Origin: Ignavibacteriales bacterium
Lineage (GTDB): Bacteria; Bacteroidota; Ignavibacteria; UBA10030; JAHEZR01
Length of the DNA: 46,225 bases
NCBI GenBank assembly: GCA_037446075.1
Contig: JBBIJH010000004.1
Span: forward strand, 1 to 46,225
Direction of reading: 5' to 3'
Below, in pieces: positions 20,186-28,193 of the stretch (positions are counted from its first letter, which is position 1; each line of letters begins with the position of its first letter). Under the pieces are notes generated by a model. It did not search any database. It worked only from the letters and a program-made list of their open reading frames with translations, and was not told where the DNA came from. The translations under genes and the position numbers were made by a program.

Positions 20186-21367
20186 ATGAAAAACCTGATA
20201 AGAGTTGCCGTATGTCTTCTGGTATCAGGATTGCTGCTGACCCTGGTTTTGCCACCAGGCGCGACGGGGCAAGTCTCAAGCTTTCCGTATTCTTATACGT
20301 TTACACTCGGGGCAAATCAGAACCCCATAACGGGAGACGGAAACTGGAGTTCCCAGGCCAGCGGGGCAAGTGACTGGAAAGGAAAGACCGCCGGTGGTAC
20401 TTCCGGCGGAAGTGCAGAACATGGTAAGTTCAAGACCTCAGGTCACTATGCACGGTTGAGGGTACAGCTGAACACAACAGGAGTCGTCTATACTGGAGGA
20501 GAACTTTTCGAGTTTAATATAAAAAGGGCAGGTGACGGTACCCCTGCGGGTAATGCCGCCGCAACTATCACAATTGAATATTCCACTGACGGTGTCAACT
20601 ATACCACCATATCCGGCCCTACGGCCCTGTCCACCTACTTGCCCACTACTAACTACACCTTTAAAAGTCACTCATTGCCAGCGGGAGTCGGTGGCAATGC
20701 TAGCGTATACATCGCGATAAGAGTCCAATCCGGCAGCAACTCCGACAACCACGATAAACTGAACGTAGATGATGTTTCCATTAGTGGCGGCACCCTTCCC
20801 ATCCAGATGGCCTCAGCTTCTTCAGCGGTCATCCGTGACAACGACGTGGAAGTTGCGTGGAGAACTATCTCTGAGACGAATAACTACGGCTTCGAGATCC
20901 AGCGGAGACGAGGAGACGTGGGCGAGTGGGGCCAGATCGCTTTCGTCGAAGGACACGGAACGACCCTGTCTCCCCAATCCTACTCCTATGTCGATCGTGG
21001 CCTGGCTTTCGGAAAGTACTACTACCGCATCAAGCAGATCGACTTGGATGGAACGTCCGAGATCTTCCCTGAGATGGAAGTCAACGTCGGCCTCGCCCCA
21101 GACAAGCTGGTCCTCGCACAAAACTATCCGAACCCCTTCAACCCGAGTACGCTGATTGACTTTGCGGTACCGATCAGTGGACATGCGTCAGTAAAAGTGT
21201 ATAATGTACTCGGCCAGGAGGTGGCCACACTGTTTGAAGGGAACGCAGAGGCTGGCAGGATTTACATTGCTCGATTCGATGCGTCGCGTTTATCAAGCGG
21301 GATGTACTTCTACGCCCTCAGATCTGCAGGCAAGGTCGAGACGAAGCGGATGCTCTTACTCAAGTAA
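20186..21367 (+). CDS. Secreted T9SS cargo: small G/S/T-rich beta-sandwich passenger, 'LPIQ' Ig-like module and CTD
   Basis: Good RBS (aaggggag), Sec signal, IEYSTDG...VYIAIRV...NVDDVSISG passenger, then LPIQMAS...ETNNYGFE...QNYPNPFNP...KRMLLLK. Confidence 0.85.
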   Translation: MKNLIRVAVCLLVSGLLLTLVLPPGATGQVSSFPYSYTFTLGANQNPITGDGNWSSQASGASDWKGKTAGGTSGGSAEHGKFKTSGHYARLRVQLNTTGVVYTGGELFEFNIKRAGDGTPAGNAAATITIEYSTDGVNYTTISGPTALSTYLPTTNYTFKSHSLPAGVGGNASVYIAIRVQSGSNSDNHDKLNVDDVSISGGTLPIQMASASSAVIRDNDVEVAWRTISETNNYGFEIQRRRGDVGEWGQIAFVEGHGTTLSPQSYSYVDRGLAFGKYYYRIKQIDLDGTSEIFPEMEVNVGLAPDKLVLAQNYPNPFNPSTLIDFAVPISGHASVKVYNVLGQEVATLFEGNAEAGRIYIARFDASRLSSGMYFYALRSAGKVETKRMLLLK

Positions 21368-21393
21368 CGGTTTCTGGTGGAGCAGGAGATTAG

Positions 21394-21455
21394 CCTCCCC
21401 GGCGCCGTTCCAAGCGGACTACAGGAGGAAGTGGTCCGGTGAACAGCCGGGGAGG
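21394..21455 (+). other. Long nested hairpin downstream of the 20186 gene
   Basis: cctccccggc/gccggggagg (10-bp perfect) enclosing gttc/gaac and cggactac/gtggtccg, with an aggaggaa loop. Confidence 0.55.
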
Positions 21456-21472
21456 TGACCAATGTAGCATCG

Positions 21473-21510
21473 ACCCCGTGGTTCCATGTGAGCCACAGGG
21501 TTTTTCTTTT
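21473..21510 (+). terminator. Intrinsic terminator
   Basis: acccc-gtggttc-catgt-gagccac-agggt hairpin followed by ttttctttt. Confidence 0.7.
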
Positions 21511-21664
21511 GCTTAATAAGGCCCCGGAAGGCGGCAAACACGCTGCCAGAGGGGCTTTGCTGCTTGTCCTTCTGTTCCCGTTGAAGCAGACATCCGACGG
21601 TCCCGGTCAGGGGAGCGCGACCGAACAGGAGAATTTCATCCGTCGGAGTTCGCCTTCTCGCCAT

Positions 21665-21688
21665 GACAGGACGGGAGTCCCGTCCTAC
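21665..21688 (-). repeat. GTAG-type REP-like palindrome
   Basis: Minus strand reads GTAG-GACGGG-ACT-CCCGTC-CTGTC; 9-bp perfect stem aggacggga/tcccgtcct. Confidence 0.6.
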
Positions 21689-21812
21689 TCGAAGAGTGAA
21701 AAACAGAAGCGAGATTGCTTCCCTGCCTGCGCTCGCAATCATACCTCGATGGACTTTTTGGACAGCCCCGACCTCCACTGATGTTCTGCAAAATAAGCCC
21801 CCGGCTTGTCGC

Positions 21813-21846
21813 GACCCTCCGAAGGAGTCCTACAGACCCTCAGGAG
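21813..21846. repeat. About 33-bp palindromic mini-element, decayed copy 2
   Basis: gaccctccgaaggagtcctacagaccctcaggag aligns to gacccccgaaggagtccttcggaccttcggggg (13687-13719) with 1 indel and 5 substitutions. Confidence 0.65.
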
Positions 21847-22156
21847 AGAATTTACGGGAACGATCGCTATAAGTTAGGTTCAGAGATAGGTGACTTTGCT
21901 CTGGAAGCACTTCGGCGAGTTTTCTCGGCCAAAAGATCGTTCACTTTGCGGCACCGTGTAACAAAATAAAAAAACGGGTGCCTCAAGGTATTACAGAGTT
22001 GGAACCATGTCACTTGATCGTCTCCATTTCTTTTTTTTCGTGCCACTATGTGACTTGATAGTCTCTCACTACTTCCTCGTTTTTCCCCTTCATTTGGGCC
22101 AGTACGCTCTGTTGTGAAACTCTTCAGCACTGTAGATCGCCTATTCCGCGTTTTCT

Positions 22157-22173
22157 CTGGCATAGTGGTTGCA
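22157..22173 (+). promoter_or_regulatory. sigma54 (-24/-12) promoter for the lipoprotein-cargo unit
   Basis: CTGGCAT-AGTGG-TTGCA, near consensus, ending 58 nt before the ATG at 22231. Confidence 0.8.
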
Positions 22174-22230
22174 ATACTAGTAGACAATAATGCTCAATCA
22201 ATGTTCGACCAATCTAAAGAGGCATAACCA

Positions 22231-22818
22231 ATGAAACGCTTCGATCTTTTACCCAAAATAACATTGCTGGTCTGGATAGCAATCGTGGCACAGGGGTGTC
22301 AGAAGGCGGGCCCAGTTGAGCCAGCTGATGGATCAACCAAACAAGCGCCTGCGTTCATCAAGCTGCCGAAGAACAACGCGCTCCACAAGATCATCTCCGT
22401 GACGAAGACGATCTATGCTCAGAGTGGTGGCGAACTGAAGCTCAATTACGACTATGGTGAAGGGGCCAAGAAGGTCAACATCGACGTAAGCCTCAAGTTT
22501 GAACCGGGGTCGGTCAGCCGAGATGTGGATATCACCCTGAGTGTGGATGATGCCGTGCTCATGACCACTATCGACCTCTCGTTTGCGCCTGAGGGTCTCG
22601 TGTTCCTGAAGCCCGCTATCCTTGACGTTAACGCCCAGGGCTTGGATCTTTCCGGCATTCCTCCCGGAGCAAACATCAATCTCTATTATTTTAATAAGCA
22701 GACGGGCACATGGGAGCAAATACCGACGAGGAGAATTTCTGTCAACATCTCCAACGGACAGCTACAATGCAAGGACGGCGAGATTCCTCACTTCTCACGG
22801 TATGCTTTCGGCTATTAG
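22231..22818 (+). CDS. Lipoprotein with ZU5-like domain ending in an HFS motif
   Basis: Lipobox AQG-C; F.PEGLVF.KPA.L...LYYFN..TG.W......V.......G.I.HFSRY pattern. Confidence 0.7.
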   Translation: MKRFDLLPKITLLVWIAIVAQGCQKAGPVEPADGSTKQAPAFIKLPKNNALHKIISVTKTIYAQSGGELKLNYDYGEGAKKVNIDVSLKFEPGSVSRDVDITLSVDDAVLMTTIDLSFAPEGLVFLKPAILDVNAQGLDLSGIPPGANINLYYFNKQTGTWEQIPTRRISVNISNGQLQCKDGEIPHFSRYAFGY

Positions 22819-22850
22819 TTTGAAAGATTCTTTCGACTGGAAAAACGAAA

Positions 22851-24995
22851 ATGAAGAGGTTATTCAAGATTCTGGTACTATCTGCAGCCGCGCTGTTCTT
22901 AGCCTACAGTGTGGCTTGGGGCGCCACGAAGACCTGGACGGGGAACAGTAGTACCAATTGGAGCAACTCAAGCAACTGGGACATCGGGGTCCCTACTACA
23001 GCCGATGCTGCCATCATCCCAAGCGGAAGACCCAATTATCCTGTCATCAGCTCAGCGCTTACTGGAGTCACCAGTGTCACGATCAACTCCGGCGGTTCTA
23101 TCACTATGAGTGCTGGTGGTAGTCTGGCCCTATCAGGGAATTTCCAGGTCGATGGAACCTTCACGATGAACGGTGGAAGCCTCTCAGTTAAGGATTTCAA
23201 GGGAACAGGAACCACCAGCATGACCGCGGGAACGCTCACAATTAAGCATGACTATAAGCCGACAAGTGGCACCTTTACCGCCACAGGTGGGACAGTTGTC
23301 TTCGCAGGGAATGCAGGTGAAGGGGCTTTCCCTTCGGGACTCTCCACGACTCAGTTCTTCAATGTTCGAATCAACAGTGGAGTTGATCCGGGCTTTGATA
23401 ACAATGCCGTCTCCTTCTCCCTTGCTGGGGATTGGACCAATAATAGTAGTGGCCTTAGCTTGGCAGGGAAAGCAACCACGGTGGCCTTTAATGGGAGCAG
23501 CGCGCAGACAATCGGCGGGAGCCAGAGCACCACCTTTCGCAACGTCACCATCAACAACCTAGGAGGTACTGTAACACTTGCCCTTAACCAGACCATAACC
23601 AATGGCAACCTAACCATTTCTGGCGGCACACTTGATCTGTCGTCCTACACGATAAATCGTTCCTCTGCCGCTGGCACGATCACCGTAAGCAACGGTGCAA
23701 CATTGAAAATCGGTGGAACGAACAGTTTTCCGTCGAATTATACGACACACTCGCTTGACACAGCAAGCACAGTCGAATACAGTGGCACCAACCAAACGGT
23801 AAGCAATGAAGCCTACGGGAATCTCACCCTCAGCGGTAGTGGCACGAAAATGATGCCGAATTCGGTAATGACTATTGCAGAAAACTTGACTATCTCTGGT
23901 ACCGCTTCAGCAACGGCAAGAGCCAATATCACCGTCAACGGTAACTTCACCATCGAATCCGGAGCAAGCTTTAACGCGGGTTCAAGTTACATAGTGATCC
24001 ATGGTAGTGGTTTTTTCACAAAGAGAGGGGTTGGGAACGACTCAGTCGTGTTTCCAGTTGGGATCTCCTCTAGCTATAATCCCGTCACGATTAGTAACTC
24101 AGGCGGCTCAGCAGATTTCTCGGTCCGCGTTGATACGACATTCGATTATTCGCTCCCCGATCCGAGCAGGGCTGTACGGTGCCAGTGGAAGATCACAAGT
24201 TCTGGAGGGACAATAGGTAACGCAACGGTCACCCTTCAATGGACCAGCTCAGATGAGGCTACCAACTTTAGTCGCACAGGTCCTGTGTACATCTTTCATC
24301 ATAACGGGATTTACTGGGAGCAATTCCCTGCAACGGTGACGGATCTTGGAGATGGAGCGTACAGTGCAACTGCAAGCGGTTTTACATCGTTTTCACCATT
24401 TGGCGTTGGCAACGACGGCGCCCTCCCCATCCAGCTTGCATCGTCAAGTGCACAGGTTATCCGTGGGAACAATGTCGAGGTCGCATGGAAGACCGTGTCC
24501 GAAACCAACAACTACGGCTTTGAGGTCCATCGAAAAGGCGCAAACTCGCGCGAGTGGACGAGACTTGGCTTTGTCCAGGGACACGGAACAACTTTAGAGC
24601 CGAAATCCTACTCCTATATCGACCAATCTGTTCCCGTCGGGAAATACTACTATCGCATCATGCAGATCGACCTCGATGGAAAATCTGAGACTTTCCCCGA
24701 GATGGAGGTCGCGGTCGGTGTTTCTGCTGATAAAGTAATTCTCGGGCAGAACTATCCCAACCCGTTTAACCCGACGACAACTATTGACTTTGTGGTACCA
24801 CAGAGTGGGTTTGCAACGCTGAAGGTATACAACGTTCTCGGGCAGGAAATGGCAACTTTGTTCGAAGGGGCGGCCGATGCAGGGGCGGTATATACCTTCC
24901 GTTTTAACGCATTAAACTTGCCCAGTGGGCTGTACTTCTATACTCTCCGGGCTACTGGAAGCGTCGAAACCAGAAGGATGTTATTGATAAGATGA
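22851..24995 (+). CDS. Secreted T9SS cargo: G/S/T/N-rich beta-repeat adhesin-like protein
   Basis: Sec signal, TWTG..STNWS..SNW start, QTIGG..TTF.N.TI repeats, SFSPF motif, LPIQL module and CTD (RRMLLIR). Confidence 0.85.
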   Translation: MKRLFKILVLSAAALFLAYSVAWGATKTWTGNSSTNWSNSSNWDIGVPTTADAAIIPSGRPNYPVISSALTGVTSVTINSGGSITMSAGGSLALSGNFQVDGTFTMNGGSLSVKDFKGTGTTSMTAGTLTIKHDYKPTSGTFTATGGTVVFAGNAGEGAFPSGLSTTQFFNVRINSGVDPGFDNNAVSFSLAGDWTNNSSGLSLAGKATTVAFNGSSAQTIGGSQSTTFRNVTINNLGGTVTLALNQTITNGNLTISGGTLDLSSYTINRSSAAGTITVSNGATLKIGGTNSFPSNYTTHSLDTASTVEYSGTNQTVSNEAYGNLTLSGSGTKMMPNSVMTIAENLTISGTASATARANITVNGNFTIESGASFNAGSSYIVIHGSGFFTKRGVGNDSVVFPVGISSSYNPVTISNSGGSADFSVRVDTTFDYSLPDPSRAVRCQWKITSSGGTIGNATVTLQWTSSDEATNFSRTGPVYIFHHNGIYWEQFPATVTDLGDGAYSATASGFTSFSPFGVGNDGALPIQLASSSAQVIRGNNVEVAWKTVSETNNYGFEVHRKGANSREWTRLGFVQGHGTTLEPKSYSYIDQSVPVGKYYYRIMQIDLDGKSETFPEMEVAVGVSADKVILGQNYPNPFNPTTTIDFVVPQSGFATLKVYNVLGQEMATLFEGAADAGAVYTFRFNALNLPSGLYFYTLRATGSVETRRMLLIR

Positions 24996-25014
24996 ATTTG
25001 ATAGGCAGTGTAAT

Positions 25015-25050
25015 AAAACCCCGTAGGGTCCATACTCTAGGGTTTTTTTT
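25015..25050 (+). terminator. Intrinsic terminator
   Basis: aaaaccc(cg)tagggt-ccat-actcta-gggtttt hairpin with a T8 tract. Confidence 0.75.
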
Positions 25051-25215
25051 ATCCTTGGGCTCTCCTACGGTTTGCTCACGACAGCGTAGCGGCACCCCGG
25101 GAATACACATAGGTATCATGGATTCCCCTTGGAATTCTCATAGCCGGTTATCACGAGAACGCATCGATGTTTCCCTCGCATTGATATCGTTCATCTCCGC
25201 TGCCAAACCTCAGCC

Positions 25216-25228
25216 TGTAACTCTTACA
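25216..25228. promoter_or_regulatory. Candidate upstream activator site
   Basis: Perfect palindrome TGTAA-CTC-TTACA about 105 nt upstream of the sigma54-like promoter at 25334, with A-tracts in between. Confidence 0.5.
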
Positions 25229-25333
25229 AACGTATTGAAAAATCTGATCTGAGAAAAAAAGTGCTTTTCGCGGAAAAAATTCGACTCTATCATCATTTGT
25301 TGAAATTTGGGCAATTGTCTATCTTTTCCAATA

Positions 25334-25349
25334 CGGCACGGAATTTGAA
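25334..25349 (+). promoter_or_regulatory. sigma54 (-24/-12) promoter candidate
   Basis: CGGCAC-GGAAT-TTGAA; same GA variant at -12 as the 16171 site. Confidence 0.55.
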
Positions 25350-25447
25350 AAAAATTGCTAATAGCCCTTATACCTGCGAGACGGGGACTGTACGAAAGGA
25401 GACAATAAGTAGTCCAAGGTCCCAGGGAACATCAATGTCAGACAGAA

Positions 25448-28087
25448 ATGCTCCTCTCAAGGCATTCCAATGCTGGAGAATCCATCCTGTCGCCGCCCGC
25501 TAAGGCTAGCGGCAACAGGTTGTCGAGGCTGGCCCGGTGCTCTTTGAGCTTACTGCTCACGGCCTTGAACCTGCTCACTGCCCATAGCTCAGCCTGGGCT
25601 GCTACACGTACATGGACAGGGACCACGAGCACCAGCTGGAGTACCTCATCCAATTGGGATACCGGAGTTCCCGGTGGTGCAGACGCTGCGGTCATTCCGA
25701 GTGGCGCGGCGAGGTATCCGAATATAACTTCGGCGCTTCCAGGGATAGCCAGTCTTACGATTAACTCCGGTGCGTCTGTCACCATGGGCACGGGGGGAAG
25801 TCTCTCCATGACTGGGAATTTTCAGAATGATGGGACCTATACCATGACAGGTGGAACACTCTCTGTCAAAGATCTCAAAGGCACAGGAACATTCGATGTG
25901 AGCGGTGGAACCATCAACATCAGCCACGACTACAAACCGAGTGGAGGAACCTTTACGGCAACGGGTGGCACGGTGGTCTTCACGGGTACTGCAGGCAATG
26001 GAGCCTTCCCGTCAAACGTTTCTACAACCCAGTTCTTCAATGTCCAGTTCGATGCAGATGCAGGAATCGATAACAACGCCGCCGTTTCGATATCAGTAGC
26101 CGGAGATTGGATAAACAACAACGCTGCCAACTCTCTGACTAGTCGGGCAACCACCATCACGTTCAATGGAACTGGCGCGCAGACAATAGGGGGAACTTCG
26201 AGCACTACATTTAACAACCTCACGATGAGTAAGTCCAGTGGCACTCTCACACTTGGAGGAAATATTGCTGTTGCGGGTAATTGGACAAACAACGGGGGGA
26301 CTCTCTCGGCAGGTACGAGCACAGTCACATTCTCAGGGGCTTCAAAGACTATTGGTGGAACAACCTCCACTACATTCAATAGTGTTACCGTTACAGGTAC
26401 GATCACATTAGACCAAGCAATCACGATTGCTGGGGATTTGACAGTCTCTGCAGGCACGTTAGACCTCTCGACCTACACCGCGAACCGTTCAACAGCGGGC
26501 GGTACCCTGACAGTCGCCAATGGAGCTACACTGAAGATTGGGGGCACGAACGGTTTTCCCTTGAATTATTCGACTCACACTCTTGGCTCGACAAGCACTG
26601 TAGAATATAGCGGCACGAACCAAACAGTGAGTAACGAATCCTACGGCCATCTAACTCTCAGCGGAAGCGGAACCAAGACAATGCCCGGATCGGCAATGAC
26701 CGTTGGTGGAAACTTTAGCCTTTCTGGAACAGTTTCCGTTACCGCGGCAGCTGACTTGACTGTTAATGGTAACGTTACTATCGGGTCTGGGACGACCTTC
26801 GATGGAAGCTCATTCACACACACTATCAAAGGGAATTGGTCAAACAGTGGGACGTTTACTTCCAGTACAAGCACGATCGTGATGGCTGGGACAAGCGCAC
26901 AGACGAAGACAGGCTCAACGTCGTACAATCTTACCATCAACAACGCTGCTGGCGTTACCTTCAACAGTAGCGAAACAGTGGATAATACCTTGACGCTCAC
27001 GAGCGGAAAGATCACGCTTGGATCCAATTCACTGACCATCGCTTCCGGTGGGAGCATCAGTGGTGGATCGTCCTCAAGTTACATCGTTACCAACAGCACA
27101 GGAGTGTTAACCCGTAATAGTGTCGGGGCAAGCGATGTCCTCTTCCCTGTCGGTACTGCTTCCACCTACAACCCTGTAACGATCAACAATGCTGGCACGG
27201 CTGATAATTTCTCTGTCCGGGTGCAATCGAGTTTCGATAATGCCCCGAACGACGCCAACACGGTTGTCAATCGCCAGTGGACGATCACAGAAGCGACTGC
27301 AGGGGGAAGCAACGCCACCATCACACTCCAGTGGAACACGGCTGATGAAGCTGCCGGCTTTGTTCGGGCGAATCCCATCTACATCGGTCGGCACACTGGG
27401 AGTCAATGGGTCCAAACGGCAGCGACGTTCACCGATGTTGGCGGCGGAGTCTATACCGCCTCAGCCAGCGGGTTTAGCTCCTTTTCACCCTTTGGTGTGG
27501 GGAATGATGCCGCCCTCCCCATCCAGCTTGCATCTTTCTCGGCCTCCGTCCTACGCGGGAGAGATGTCGAGGTTATCTGGAAGACCATCTCCGAGACTAA
27601 CAACTACGGCTTTGAGGTCCACCGAAAACGCGGAGAGTTGGGCGAGTGGACGAAACTTGGCTTTGTCCCTGGACATGGAACAACTTTAGAGCCATACTCC
27701 TACTCTTACATCGACCGATCGGTCCCATTCGGCAAGTACTACTACCGCTTGAAGCAGATTGATCTGGATGGGAAGTCAGAGAAATTTCGCGAATTGGAAG
27801 TCACTGTTGGTCTGGCACCGGATAGAATGATCCTTGCACAGAATTATCCGAACCCATTCAACCCGAGCACGCTCATTGAGTTTGTTGTGCCTCAGAGTGG
27901 GTACACAACCTTGAAGGTATACAATATCCTTGGGCAGGAAGTGGGAACTCTCTTCGACGGAGTCGCTGAGGCGGGGGAAATACATGCTGTCTTATTCGAT
28001 GCATCGAGGTTTGCAAGTGGACTTTACTTCTATACCCTTCGGAGCGCGGGGAAGATCGAGACAAAGAGAATGCTGTTACTCAAATAG
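25448..28087 (+). CDS. Secreted T9SS cargo: longer paralog of the 22851 protein
   Basis: Co-linear with 22851 (HDYKP..GTFTATGGTVVF, GATLKIGGTN.FP.NY, STVEYSGTNQTVSNE.YG), with extra repeats, SFSPF, LPIQL module and CTD. Start codon uncertain. Confidence 0.85.
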   Translation: MLLSRHSNAGESILSPPAKASGNRLSRLARCSLSLLLTALNLLTAHSSAWAATRTWTGTTSTSWSTSSNWDTGVPGGADAAVIPSGAARYPNITSALPGIASLTINSGASVTMGTGGSLSMTGNFQNDGTYTMTGGTLSVKDLKGTGTFDVSGGTINISHDYKPSGGTFTATGGTVVFTGTAGNGAFPSNVSTTQFFNVQFDADAGIDNNAAVSISVAGDWINNNAANSLTSRATTITFNGTGAQTIGGTSSTTFNNLTMSKSSGTLTLGGNIAVAGNWTNNGGTLSAGTSTVTFSGASKTIGGTTSTTFNSVTVTGTITLDQAITIAGDLTVSAGTLDLSTYTANRSTAGGTLTVANGATLKIGGTNGFPLNYSTHTLGSTSTVEYSGTNQTVSNESYGHLTLSGSGTKTMPGSAMTVGGNFSLSGTVSVTAAADLTVNGNVTIGSGTTFDGSSFTHTIKGNWSNSGTFTSSTSTIVMAGTSAQTKTGSTSYNLTINNAAGVTFNSSETVDNTLTLTSGKITLGSNSLTIASGGSISGGSSSSYIVTNSTGVLTRNSVGASDVLFPVGTASTYNPVTINNAGTADNFSVRVQSSFDNAPNDANTVVNRQWTITEATAGGSNATITLQWNTADEAAGFVRANPIYIGRHTGSQWVQTAATFTDVGGGVYTASASGFSSFSPFGVGNDAALPIQLASFSASVLRGRDVEVIWKTISETNNYGFEVHRKRGELGEWTKLGFVPGHGTTLEPYSYSYIDRSVPFGKYYYRLKQIDLDGKSEKFRELEVTVGLAPDRMILAQNYPNPFNPSTLIEFVVPQSGYTTLKVYNILGQEVGTLFDGVAEAGEIHAVLFDASRFASGLYFYTLRSAGKIETKRMLLLK
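27588..27766 (+). repeat. 179-bp perfect direct repeat, copy 1
   Basis: Compared base by base with 29935-30113: identical from tctccgagactaac to gattgatctg. Confidence 0.95.
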
Positions 28088-28193
28088 AGAGGCCCCGAAG
28101 AAGTAACGGTCCCGTTATCTTTATAGCGGGGGTCTTGGTCAAGTGAACCAGAGTGTATCTGAATTCAAGAAAACAAATCATCAGTGCCACCTC

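Noticed and set aside
21394-21455. SRP RNA or another known ncRNA
   Set aside because: Lacks the SRP helix-8 CAGG...GNRA...AGCAG signature; no family recognised by eye.
21419-22187. Short ORFs in the spacer (21419-21778, 21455-21781, 21867-22187 and others)
   Set aside because: No recognisable motifs; they overlap the terminator, palindromes and promoter elements.
24992-25503. ORFs 24992-25252 and 25261-25503
   Set aside because: They run through a terminator and the AT-rich enhancer/promoter region, with no protein-like features.
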